DNA from: an uncultured Saprospiraceae bacterium
GTDB taxonomy: Bacteria > Bacteroidota > Bacteroidia > Chitinophagales > Saprospiraceae
Direction of reading: 5' to 3'
Assembly: GCA_937981555.1 (NCBI GenBank)
Contig: CALJOK010000024.1
Location: forward strand, 3,936-67,935
DNA length: 64,000 bases
The notes under the pieces are model-generated. The model was not told the origin of the DNA. It saw only the letters and a program-made list of their open reading frames with translations, and made no database searches. This document shows, piece after piece, positions 1 to 11,100 of the stretch (position 1 is the stretch's first letter; each line of letters begins with the position of its first letter). Both the position numbers and the translations under genes were made by a program.

Positions 1-224
1 TGAAGTTTGAATTACCCAACAAGGAACATGTGATTGCGGTGGCAGCGGAATACCGAATAGCTAATGTGGATGCTCCTTATACGAATGGAAAATATTTTAG
101 TGGAGAAAAAGGGTTGATGAAAAATTTGCCTGCTCAATCTACTGTGGAAGTTCGATTTAATGCAATTGGTCGGGATGATTTGAAGAGTGGTTGGACGACA
201 GCGATTGTAGTGCCGGTGCTGTAA
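1..224 (+). CDS. 3-prime end of a CDS that enters from upstream of the window; product not recognised
   Basis: Frame 3 is open from base 3 to TAA at 222-224 (KFELPNKEHVIAVAAEY...AIVVPVL*). A hairpin terminator follows. Confidence 0.5.
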   Translation, partial: KFELPNKEHVIAVAAEYRIANVDAPYTNGKYFSGEKGLMKNLPAQSTVEVRFNAIGRDDLKSGWTTAIVVPVL

Positions 225-281
225 GTAATGGAACATGGATGCCGCGGATTTTTTTTAGGCTTCCGGTTATATGACAATAAG

Positions 282-316
282 AAAAAGCTAACTTCTTGAG
301 AGGTTAGCTTTTTTTG
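282..316. terminator. Bidirectional rho-independent-type terminator between convergent genes
   Basis: AAAAAGCTAAC (282-292) pairs perfectly with GTTAGCTTTTT (303-313) around a 10-nt loop. An A-run lies on one side and a T-run (310-316) on the other. Confidence 0.6.
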
Positions 317-422
317 GTTGGGGGCTGATTTGATTTTTTGAATATCCAATATCGATCAAGGAATGTCCAATATCCAACCAGTTTGTTTTTACGGCTGTTG
401 GATATTGGTTATTTCTTGTTGG

Positions 423-1874
423 CTATTGGTTATTCGTTTTCTTCAACTCTTCCCATATCCGCACCATCGCCCAAGTATCCAATTTACAATACTTCAACAA
501 ATCCTGAAAGGCATCTTTTGCCTCCTCTTCCGTCATTCGTCCATCCGTCATATGATGCCATTGAATCACCGCTGCACCTCCACTTTGAATTTCCAAATCT
601 TGATAACTTAACTCTGGACATAATACGGGGAGTACATCTTTGAGGGAAGCACTTCCTTTAAAATCTGGATGGAGATATAATCCCTGACTAAATACTTTTA
701 GCAAGTCATATACTCGATCATTTACAGAATGTAAAAAGTCAGCGTACTGCGGCAATTGGTCCGCCATCAGTTTATTTTGTGTTTTTTCAAAACTCTCATT
801 CCATACGATAACCGTTCCTTCACTCGGATGAATCTGCTGACTCATTTGCTCAAATAATTCTTCCAAAGGCGTTTCCTTCGAGGGCATCAAATATTCAAAA
901 TGTTGTACCTCGCTTCCTTCCGATTCGATCACGTGTAGACTGTACTGGAAAACCATTTGTTGATACGGAAAGATGCCTTGATGTGATGGATAGACATACG
1001 AAAACGTTTCATAATCCAAAAAATAAAGCGGGTACGCTAACGATTTCAATACGGTTGCGATCTCTTCCTTTTTGATTACGATCTGATTGTGTTGAGCGAC
1101 CTCCACTTGTTCTCTTTGCCTATTGGACAATTTAAAATCCGTCGGCACATCTTGAATATCGACCACGCCCATTTCCAATAGTTGTTCTTTCTTTTCACGA
1201 TTTATGCGGCTAATATCAAAGATGGTATATTTTGGAAATGGCGTATGATAATGTTTTAGATAAGTACAATTCAATTGGTTGCCACAAAGATTGGTCAGCG
1301 TAGTCAACGAAGGAAGACTGTCTTGGTGCATCCATTCCCAGGCCGCTTCAGCTTGCCTACTAGTATCTTCCATAATGCCCTCTACCTTTGCGGTGACGTC
1401 TTTTATAGGTAACAATTTCTTAAGGTCTGGTGGATGTTGAAATGGATATTTACTATTGACATAAATCAAAAAAGTACGCCTGACTCGGTAGCCTTGCGAT
1501 TCAAATACCATTCGCTGAAAAGCTAAATCAATCTTATGTTCTGACTTTAGTTTAGTCGATGCTTTGACTTCATAAATATCACATTCCTTTTCGCGATGGA
1601 AGACGACGATGTCTGCCTTTACGATAAATCTTTCTGACTGTACTTGATATTGAAAAGCTATTTTATTATGAGGGATAAATTCGCCATTGATCACTCCGCC
1701 ATTCTTAAATCGTTCTTTCGCTAATCGGTCAATGATTTTGCCCTGCTCCACTTTATGTTGAGCCTCCATGGAAAAAGGGGGCATCAGATCTGATTGATGA
1801 ACGGACATCCAAAATTCTTCTGGACAGGCGAGATAGCTGAGGTAGTTTGTTTTAGAGAGTTTTGTTGTGGACAT
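423..1874 (-). CDS. DUF2779-like protein: N-terminal PD-(D/E)XK nuclease fold plus C-terminal RNase H-like (DEDD-type) exonuclease fold
   Basis: 483-aa ORF. N-terminal motifs are LSYLACPEEFW and ADIVVF...CDIYEVKAS (D...ExK). C-terminal motifs are YFLDYET, VWNESFE and YCKLDTWAM, resembling exonuclease motifs I-III. Confidence 0.7.
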   Translation of the reverse strand: MSTTKLSKTNYLSYLACPEEFWMSVHQSDLMPPFSMEAQHKVEQGKIIDRLAKERFKNGGVINGEFIPHNKIAFQYQVQSERFIVKADIVVFHREKECDIYEVKASTKLKSEHKIDLAFQRMVFESQGYRVRRTFLIYVNSKYPFQHPPDLKKLLPIKDVTAKVEGIMEDTSRQAEAAWEWMHQDSLPSLTTLTNLCGNQLNCTYLKHYHTPFPKYTIFDISRINREKKEQLLEMGVVDIQDVPTDFKLSNRQREQVEVAQHNQIVIKKEEIATVLKSLAYPLYFLDYETFSYVYPSHQGIFPYQQMVFQYSLHVIESEGSEVQHFEYLMPSKETPLEELFEQMSQQIHPSEGTVIVWNESFEKTQNKLMADQLPQYADFLHSVNDRVYDLLKVFSQGLYLHPDFKGSASLKDVLPVLCPELSYQDLEIQSGGAAVIQWHHMTDGRMTEEEAKDAFQDLLKYCKLDTWAMVRIWEELKKTNNQ

Positions 1875-2216
1875 TATGTTTGAAGTCTGTTTTGGTAAAT
1901 GTAGAGTTAATTTTCCACAAGTCTCGAAAAATAAATATTAAATAAATTATTTATGTTTTTATATATAAATATGATTCTCTCAAAACAATAATAATACGTG
2001 AATAATCTAGCTTAGAATATTTTATCCCAAGATTAGCTTTGTTGAAAAGAGGCATTACTACATTTGGATTTGTTCCTTACCATGTAAACCTCCCAGTCCC
2101 TATATGATAAAAAAAATCGTTCATTAACATTTACTGTCGATAAACGATTTTTCCAACTCCTACCCTAGTAATTAATCTTTAGCTTTTCTAAAGCAGGAAT
2201 ACTTTTATAATATATG

Positions 2217-2561
2217 TTATAACTTCACAAATGATTCTACCACCATTTCTGTTCCATCAGAAACCAACAATAGATAGATTCCATTGGGCAAGTTTTTTAC
2301 ATCTAAGTCATAAGTATTTTTTGTTTCAAATTTCACATAAGAGATAGTTTGAATTGGTTGTCCAAGTGAGTTGACTATTTGAACGGTCAATTCCCCTCGC
2401 CATTTATTTTCTATCACTATTTGTAATTTTTCTGCTACAGGATTTGGAAAAAGATCCAAGTCATCATTGTCTAATAACAATGCTTTTACATCTGTCAAAC
2501 AACTGACTCCTGCATCATGAGTACTTTCATAAGCAACGATGTCGAGACAACCACCTTCCAC
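2217..2561 (-). pseudogene. Orphan fragment encoding only a T9SS C-terminal sorting domain (gene remnant)
   Basis: The 114-aa ORF has no signal peptide. Its tail (FPNPVAEKLQIVIEN...NLPNGIYLLLVSDG...VKL) resembles the C-terminal sorting domains at the ends of the 5154-12320 and 35285-36292 products. The preceding GGCLD...SCLTD looks like the end of an SprB-type repeat. Confidence 0.45.
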
Positions 2562-2653
2562 CCTATCATTTGATAATGTTCATATCGCAAGAAACATTGT
2601 CTAAAGAAAACGGTTTTAGCTAATTTAGTTGTTGGATTCACTTTGAAATATGG

Positions 2654-2683
2654 AAGCCTTCTGATTATTCAATCAGAAGGCTT
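2654..2683. other. 13-bp perfect stem-loop downstream of the acyl-CoA dehydrogenase gene (possible terminator)
   Basis: AAGCCTTCTGATT (2654-2666) pairs with AATCAGAAGGCTT (2671-2683) around a 4-nt loop. The T-rich tail is on the plus strand only. Confidence 0.4.
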
Positions 2684-2742
2684 TTATTGTTTTATCCATT
2701 TCAAAATCACAACCGCTCTACAAACTCCGGTGATTTTTATTA

Positions 2743-4599
2743 CTATTCATAATAGCCTCGATCGATAACCGCTTTAGCAATATTTCGTCTCAAATCTTTA
2801 GGGTTTATATAATAAGATTTTAGCATCCATTTGACGATTCTAGTATGCCGTCGCTTTTCACCTCCTGTAGAAAAACTAGCTACCGCTTCTAAAGCAGCCT
2901 TTCTAGATTTCTCTAAAGCCTCATATAAATATAATTGAACCATTTGCTCTTGGAGGTACAGTTTATCTTTATCTGCATTTGGCATTCCCTTCAACTTTTT
3001 TATTTTTAACAAAGCGGTATCGCCAACATAAGCCTCTTGTAAAATCGTAGAGAGGTTTAAAATAATTTCTTGTTCGTCGATGAGTTTCTTTTTTAGTTTT
3101 TTACCCGCCATTCCAGAGATATACAAGAAGCTATATTTTAGACCTTTCACAATTCGGTCTAATTCTTTATGACCTGATTTAGAACGAAAAGGATTTAGTT
3201 GAGAAAATAGAAAGCCAGGAATTTTCTTCCCTGCTCCTACCAAGTCAAGCTCTTTAGTTAACATCCCTCGTTTGGATAATTCACCTACCGCCAACATGGC
3301 ATTGATATCATTCGTTCCTTCATAAATTTTAGTAATTCTTGCATCTCGATATCCCATTCCCAAACCTGTCTCCATAGCATAGCCCATTCCACCATGTATT
3401 TGTATCGCCTCATCGAGTGCATAACAAACTAATTCCGAGCCTTTGATTTTGACAATAGAAGCTTCAATAGCGAACTCACTAATCGCTTTTATTTTTGCGG
3501 GACCATCTGCTAGGCCAGCTGATTTTAAAGCCACCATTTTTTTATCAATCAAATCTGCCGTTCTAAAACAAGCTGCATGATTGGCAAAAATTCGCATGGC
3601 AATATCTCCAATTTTATATTGGATGGCACCAAAAGAAGCAATAGGTACTTTAAATTGTTTGCGCTCCTTGGCATATTTTATAGATCGATCAAGCGCATTA
3701 ATCGCTCCGCCAACTGCACCAGATCCTGCTTTAATACGTCCGCCATTTAGAATAGTCAAGGCCATTTTAAAACCACCTTGTCGTTCGCCCAATAAATTTT
3801 CTACCGGTACTTTACAATTATCAAAAAATATCTGAACAGTAGAAGAGCCCTTAATCCCAAACTTCTTTTCTTCCACACCAACTGAAAAGCCTTCAAAGTT
3901 TCGTTCTACAATAAAGGCAGATAGTTTTTCATCGTCTTCTATTTTTGCAAAAACAGTATAGACATCGGCAAACCCACCATTGGTAATCCATATCTTCTGA
4001 CCGTTTAGAGAATAATGTTTTCCGTCTTCGCTAAGTGTTGCTTTTGTCTTACCAGAGTTAGCATCAGAGCCCGCATTGGGTTCTGTTAAGGCATAGGCCG
4101 CTACATATTCTGCAGTAGAAATCTTAGGTAGGTACTTTTGTTTTTGCGCTTCATTTCCATAATACACCAATGGCAAACACCCGATAGAGGTTTGTGCACC
4201 AAGGGTTGTTGCAAAAGAAAAACCATTAGCCAACTGGGTGGAGATATAGGTGTTGGTTTTAAAATCTAAACCCATTCCTCCATATGCTTCTGGTATACTC
4301 ACGCCACATAAACCCAAATCTCCTGCTCTTTTTAGGATGGCTAAAACTTCCGCTTTATCAGCTTCTGCGGTCACCACTAATTCTCTTCCGTTTTTGAAAA
4401 AGGGGTCTTGGATTTCTTTGACACAAAAATCCCGAACGGTATCGCCCATCATTTTTGCTTCTTCTTCAAATTCTTCTGCAATAAATAATTCTTCGGGCGG
4501 TGTTTCTCCTATTACAAAATAACCTCCTTTTACATTTGGGCTTATTTCTATTGGAGTTTGATTTGGAGCTATGCTCGTTTCGACATTTTTGTCTACCAT
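2743..4599 (-). CDS. Long-form acyl-CoA dehydrogenase family protein
   Basis: 618 aa with ACAD signature-like motifs YALTEPNAGSDANS and QIHGGMGY, plus an extended C-terminal helical region. Confidence 0.9.
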   Translation of the reverse strand: MVDKNVETSIAPNQTPIEISPNVKGGYFVIGETPPEELFIAEEFEEEAKMMGDTVRDFCVKEIQDPFFKNGRELVVTAEADKAEVLAILKRAGDLGLCGVSIPEAYGGMGLDFKTNTYISTQLANGFSFATTLGAQTSIGCLPLVYYGNEAQKQKYLPKISTAEYVAAYALTEPNAGSDANSGKTKATLSEDGKHYSLNGQKIWITNGGFADVYTVFAKIEDDEKLSAFIVERNFEGFSVGVEEKKFGIKGSSTVQIFFDNCKVPVENLLGERQGGFKMALTILNGGRIKAGSGAVGGAINALDRSIKYAKERKQFKVPIASFGAIQYKIGDIAMRIFANHAACFRTADLIDKKMVALKSAGLADGPAKIKAISEFAIEASIVKIKGSELVCYALDEAIQIHGGMGYAMETGLGMGYRDARITKIYEGTNDINAMLAVGELSKRGMLTKELDLVGAGKKIPGFLFSQLNPFRSKSGHKELDRIVKGLKYSFLYISGMAGKKLKKKLIDEQEIILNLSTILQEAYVGDTALLKIKKLKGMPNADKDKLYLQEQMVQLYLYEALEKSRKAALEAVASFSTGGEKRRHTRIVKWMLKSYYINPKDLRRNIAKAVIDRGYYE

Positions 4600-4800
4600 T
4601 GATCAGTTGTTTTTTTAACTTTTGAGCATTAACTGTGAAATGATTCTCTAGGTATCCTTTTTTTAGAGAAAAAGAAAATTAGTAATTGGAGCGTAACGTT
4701 GAGATGAATTTATTGTAAAAAAGGAAGGATTAAATTCTAGCATCTATCTATTAACAAAATAATTTTCCAACAGGAGTTTTACTTCAGCTGGAAAATTACT

Positions 4801-4848
4801 AAAAAAAAGGAAAGGCACAAGGATTACACTTAAAAACGGGTGCCTTTT
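4801..4848 (-). terminator. Candidate rho-independent terminator of the giant minus-strand gene
   Basis: AAAGGCAC (4811-4818) pairs with GTGCCTTT (4840-4847). On the minus strand the hairpin is followed by an 8-nt T-run (plus-strand A-run 4801-4808). Confidence 0.55.
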
Positions 4849-4877
4849 CTTTTGTCGTTTTTTAGTAACTAGTTAGT

Positions 4878-5042
4878 ATGGGTGCATCTCTCTGAGCCGC
4901 CAATCAGCATGTTTATTTATTTTCTACCAACGGTAGTGGCGCTCTGCGCCGATTCTCCATTGTTTTATGGCGCAGAGCGACATTCCCATTGGTAGAAAAT
5001 AATTTCCAAAAATATCATGGCGGCTCAGAGAGACGCTCCCAT
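4878..5042. repeat. 165-nt nested imperfect palindrome (three perfect stem segments) in the 3-prime UTR of the giant gene
   Basis: Outer stem TCTCTCTGAGCCGCC 4887-4901 / GGCGGCTCAGAGAGA 5019-5033 (15 bp, extendable to 24 bp with 2 mismatches). Middle stem TTATTTTCTACCAA 4917-4930 / TTGGTAGAAAATAA 4989-5002 (14 bp). Inner stem CGCTCTGCGCC 4940-4950 / GGCGCAGAGCG 4969-4979 (11 bp) with an 18-nt loop. Confidence 0.8.
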
Positions 5043-5153
5043 CTAGATTTTTTCTTTTCTCGCCCTTAGACTCCCGAGAACACACTTGTAGCGACAAAAT
5101 GAAATGCACCCCTTAAAAACTTTATTGGTAGCCCAAAGGATAAAGTCTATTTA

Positions 5154-8100
5154 TCATCTATTCATTTTTATAAATCGTTTTCTTCCTAATAAATATCCAT
5201 CCGTTAATAATAAATAATAAGTTCCTGAAGAAAGATATTCAACATCAATATTCATCATAAATGAATTATGCTCTTTTCTTAAATCATTATCTAAAACCAA
5301 CTTACCTGAAACATCAAAAATCTTTATATTTAAATTTTCTTGCGTAGGTTGCTGAAAGGAAAGAATCATTTTCCCTTGATTTGGATTAGGATACAAATCA
5401 AACTTTAAACTAAAATCTAATTCATTGGTGCTCGTAAAATCAATTAGAATAGTGGTACTGTCGAGACAACCATTTTCATCCATCACCCAAACCGTATATT
5501 CTTCATTTGGTAAATCTTCAAAAAGATTAGCCGTCTGAAAATCTACCCCATTAATACTGTAAGTAAAATCTCCTATCCCTCCACTTCCATTAATCGTTAT
5601 ATTATTCTCATTGACCATCGTGCTTATGATCAACTCCATTGGCTCAACTATCGAGATTAAAATAGTTTGAAAAACATCACCTGTCGCATCCATTATCCAA
5701 ACCTGATAATCATTCGGTGCCAAACCATCAAAGAAATTTTCTACTTGAAAAATTACTCCATCCAAACTATATTGATAAGTTGGAGTACCTCCCTCTACTT
5801 GAGTTATGGAAATACTTCCATCTGAAAATCCAAAACAACTGACATCATTAATACTTGTAGTTGCATTGATGATCAGATTGATTTCCAAAACGGTTGTTTC
5901 CAAACATCCATTTTCATCTTTGACGGTAAAGTTGTAACTCCCATTTGATAGACTTGGAAAGATATTACTACTTTGGAAATTTATTCCATCTAAACTATAT
6001 TCTAAATCACCTGTGCCCCCACTTGCGATAATGGTAACATTGTTTTCATCAACTGTGGTCGAAACAATAATTGCATCCGGATTAGAAAAAACAATGGAAT
6101 TAGTCAGTTGAATAAATCCATCTGCATCCTTTACGGTTACCGTATAGCTTCCAGCAGAGAGATTTAAAAACGTATTGCTATCTTGAAAATTCACCCCATC
6201 CAGACTATATTCTATTGGGGCTGTTCCACCAGATGCAGTAACTATAATTTGTCCATCATTCCCATCAAAACAACTAACTTCATTGTCTAAAAATGCTTGA
6301 ACTACTAATGAATTCACCGCAACTTGCGCGGTGGTTATTGCCATACATCCATTGGCATCGCGTACGGTAATTTCATAAGTGCCATTGGCTAATCCTAAAA
6401 ACTCAGGACTTGATTGAAAATTCACCCCATCCAAACTGTATTCTAAAATTCCTGTACCACCGCTTCCTGATATTGTCAAATCAGCATCTGATATGGTCGT
6501 ACTCAAACTTAAAGCTGTAGGATTGGTAACATCAACAGAATTTGTCTGCTGAGTTAATCCTTCTGAATCTACTACGGTGATCAAATAACTCCCCGCTGAT
6601 AAATCTGTAAATGTATTGTTATTTTGAAAGACGATTCCATCCAAACTGTATTGCAATGGTGGTTCGCCACCTGAGGCTGCCACGATAATTGTTCCATCAT
6701 TAAGATCATGACAAGTGATATCATTTCCCAAAGAAGCTAGAACCACTAATGAATTCACCGCAACTTGCGCGGTGGTCGTGGTGGTACATCCAATTGCATC
6801 GCGTACGGTAACTTCATAATTGCCATTCGCTAAATTTAGGAATTCAGGACTTGTTTGAAAATTCATCCCGTCCAAACTGTATTCTAATATTCCTGTACCG
6901 CCACTTCCTGAGGCCGTCAAATCATATTCTAATACGGTAGCAGTCAAACTTAAAGCTACGGGATTGGTAACATCAACAGAATTTGTCTGTTGCGTAAATC
7001 CTTCCGAATCCAATACGATGATCATATAACTCCCTGCTGATAAATCTGTAAATGTATTGTTATTTTGAAAGACCGTTCCATCCAAACTATATTGGAACGG
7101 TGGTGTCCCTCCTGTGACTGCCACGATAATTGTTCCGTCATTAAAATTATGACAGGTGATATCATTTTCTAACGACGCTTGAACAACTAATGAATTTACC
7201 GCAATTTGCGCGGTAGCGGTGGTAGTACATCCATTTGCATCGCGTACCGTAACTTCATAAGTGCCATTCGACAATCCTAAAAATTCAGGACTCGATTGAA
7301 AATTCATCCCATCTAAACTGTATTCTAAACTTCCTGTACCACCACTTCCGGATGCCGTCAAATCAGAATCTGATACAGTCGCACTCAAACTTAAAACTGC
7401 GGGATTGGTAACATCAACGGAATTTGTCTGTTGCGTAAATCCTTCTGAATCCAATACTGTGATCAAATAACTCCCCGCTGATAAATTTGTAAATGTATTG
7501 TTATTTTGAAAGACGATTCCATCCAAACTGTATTGCAACGGTGGTGTCCCACCTGAGACTGCCACGGTAATTGTTCCATCATTAAAATCATGACAGGTGA
7601 TATCATTTCCTAACGACGCTTGAACGACTAATGAATCTACTGCAATTTGCGCGGTAGTCATTGCCGTACATCCGTTGGCATCGCGTACCGTAATTTCATA
7701 ATTTCCATTCGTTAAATTTAAAAATTCAGGACTCGATTGAAAATTCATCCCATCTAAACTGTATTCTAAACTTCCTGTACCACCACTTCCGGATGCCGTC
7801 AAATCATATTCCGATACGGTAACACTCAAACTTAAAGCTGGGGGATTAGTAACATCAACAGAATTTGTCTCTTGCGTAAATCCTTCTGAATCTAATACGG
7901 TGATCACATAACTCCCTGCTGATAAATTTGTAAATGTATTGTTATTTTGAAAAACCATTCCATCCAAACTATATTGGAACGGTGGTGTCCCTCCTGTGAC
8001 TGCTACGATAATTGTTCCGTCATTAAAATTATGACAGGTGATATCATTTTCTAACGACGCTTGAACAACTAATGAATTTACCGCAATTTGCGCGGTGGCG

Positions 8101-11100
8101 GTGGTAGTACATCCGTTGGCATCGCGTACCGTAACTTCATAATTACCATTCGACAATCCTAAAAATTCAGGATTTGATTGAAAATTCATCCCATCCAAAC
8201 TGTATTCTAAACTTCCTGTACCGCCACTTCCGGATGCCGTCAAATCATATTCCAATACGGTAACACTCAAACTTAAAACTGGGGGATTGGTAATATTAAC
8301 GAAATTTGACTGTTGCGTAAATCCATCTGAATCCAATACTGTGACCACATAACTCCCAGCTGATAAATTTGTAAATGTATTGTTATTTTGAAAGACCATT
8401 CCATCCAAACTATATTGAAACGGTGGTATTCCACCTGTGACTGTCACGATAATTGTTCCGTCATTAAAATTATGACAGGTGATATCATTTACTAACAAAG
8501 CTTGAACTATTAATGAATTCACCAAAATTTGCGCGGTAGCCGTTGCCGTACATCCATTGGCATCGCGTACCGTAACTTCATAAATACCATTCGACAATCC
8601 TAAAAACTCAGGACTTGATTGAAAATTCACTCCATCCAAACTGTATTCTAAACTTCCTGTTCCGCCACTTCCCGAAGCCGTCAAATCAGAATTTGATACG
8701 GTAGCAGTCACCAATAATATCGGTGGATTGGTAATTATTATTGAATTTGTTTGTGCGGTAAAACCAAAATTATCCATAACTGTAATAACATATGTCCCTT
8801 CACTTAGATTATCAAAAACAGGACTGTTTTGAAAAGTCATACCATCCAAACTATATTGAAATGGAGAAAAGCTACCATCTGCGGTTACAACAATTTTTCC
8901 ATTATTTTGATTATGACAATCAATGTCATTCTCTAAAACAGCACTAGCACTTAAATCATTTAAGGTAATTTCAATATTAAATGGATGACTAGTTGACCAA
9001 CCTCCATCTGCTGTTTCTATACTGAATTCAAATTCATCAACCTCTTGATTGAGGTTAAAATGCGAATAAGCTACGGCTCCATTTTCAATATCTTGCTGAG
9101 TAAATGTAGCTCCCATTCCAAGGGTCATTCCATTTAATTGTAAATTTCCATATTGGGTGTTTTCCAAAACCATAAAAATAATCTGGTCAGAATTATTGGA
9201 ATTACTATTGGCAGAAAGATGAGTATTATTAATCGTTTTAGTTGCCCCATTTAAAAGCAGTAGCGTTTGATTATTTTGTAATGCGACCTGCCCAGCAGGA
9301 ATATCTTCACAAAGTTCAAGACTCCAGGAATTTAAAACTCCCCCATCAAGGTTAAACCAATCAGTAATAGATAATTCCCATACTTGATTTGAATTTTCTC
9401 CTACAAATGTTGACAAAGGTTCTATAGGTTGAAAAACACCTTCTATAGCATACATTCCACTTGAGGAACAAGTATTTTCCAGTTGCTGTGAAGTTCTTAA
9501 ACCATTATCATCAAACTGAATTTTTAAATTATCTTCCGGACAGCCATAAAAAGTATTAGGTACTCCTGGCCGGTCTAATAGTGGAATCCCCGGCCCGCCA
9601 ATATCAACAGACCTAAAATAGATGTCCAAGTCACCTATATAGGTATGTGACACATCTACATTTAATTTAATTTCAGCAATTTCAAATCCCTCACTTATTG
9701 GTAATTCTGAAACGATCGTATTAACACTTAATGGATCAATGTTCAATGGAACATTTGGACTATCATAAGTGCTACAAAAAAGTGAATTGGTTTGAAAAGA
9801 AAAGATATCGGAGTATTCACCTTCTCCACACGGATTTTCTGCCTTAACTCGCCAATAATATACCGTTAAGGGATTTAGGTTTTCTAAAAAAATTGAATTA
9901 ACAAACATCTCATTCGTTTCGATAATCGCTCCACCAAATCCAGGATTTGTTGCTAACTCATAAATATAACTTGCAGCGTCTGACGAATATGCCCAGGTTA
10001 AATACGTAGACTGTTCAACATTAATTTTTTCATCTTCTGGAAACCATAATTGGATAACATCAGGAATAGAATCATCCACTATTAAATAAACGCCTAGGGT
10101 ATCTGAATTAGTCAATGCAGTACCTACGATCGTTAAAGGGTATCCTCCACCGGGGGAATTTTCTAACCCTGAAATATTTAATTGGGTTGTCCCTGGAGGA
10201 GTGATATTATTTGGGGTAAAATCAGCAGAAGCATTCGGCGGAAGACCAGTAACACTAAGTGAAACCATTTCATCAAACCCTATAAACGATTCAAGATTAA
10301 GATCATAATTAACACTTCCTGAAGCTCCGCACACATCTTGATAGATCAAGTCGCTACTGATAGAAAAATAAGGTTTTACAATTGAAAAATCTACATTTGA
10401 AATATCATAAAAAATATTATTCGCCGCTTCTACTTTCACTCGATTTAGATGACCAACTAGGTCTGGAACTACAATGTCGGCAGAACCAGAATTGCCAACT
10501 CCAGTTGCTAAAACAGTAGGATAAGTCCATCCCCCATCAGTTGATAACAATATATTTACACTTCCACAATTGACGGGTGTGAAGTTGGTATTTGCCACAT
10601 CCCAAGTAATTGTTTTAGTCTCATTGACCATCCAAAAAGTATAATCACTTGGATATGTAACTACGAACGGACCAATATTTTCCACAAAGTTAAGATTAAG
10701 ATCATCCTCTGCGGTACAACCATATCCTATATTATTGTCTCTTACAGTCACTCGAAATTTCATTGATCGTTCTACGCTAGGTAGCTCCTCCCAGAAATAC
10801 CCATAATCTCCTATCAAATCAAATAAACGAGGAAAATAACGGGTAGGGTTATCTGTCGGTGGAAAAGAACGAAAAGCTGGGCCTACCGTTGAAGTTGAAA
10901 TAGGTGGAGCCACCGCAGGTGTATTATCCATTTGTTCCCAACAATAGGTCAAGGGATCACCATCAGGATCACTTGCTGTACTGGTCAATTGAAAAGGAGT
11001 CGAAATGGGTAACCATCTATCACTTCCAGCATCTACTATAGGTGGATTATTATTGGTGCTGACTATTGTCCCACATGAATTAGTTATTGTTGATCCCATC

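Noticed and set aside
338-643. Plus-strand ORFs 338-643 and 363-611, and minus-strand ORFs 12-236 and 134-349
   Set aside because: They overlap the DUF2779 3-prime end, the terminator or the partial CDS in other frames. Their translations are low-complexity with no motifs.
3581-4522. ORFs 3581-3835 and 4250-4522 on the plus strand
   Set aside because: They lie entirely antisense within the well-supported acyl-CoA dehydrogenase CDS, have low-complexity Ala/Ser/Pro-rich translations and no start context.
4924-5109. 61-aa ORF on the minus strand
   Set aside because: It runs through the nested palindrome. The open frame is a by-product of the inverted symmetry and it has no plausible start context.
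5450-8960. The repeat array as a diversity-generating retroelement target or a phase-variation cassette system
   Set aside because: There is no reverse transcriptase, template repeat or invertase in the window. Differences between units are scattered, not adenine-specific.
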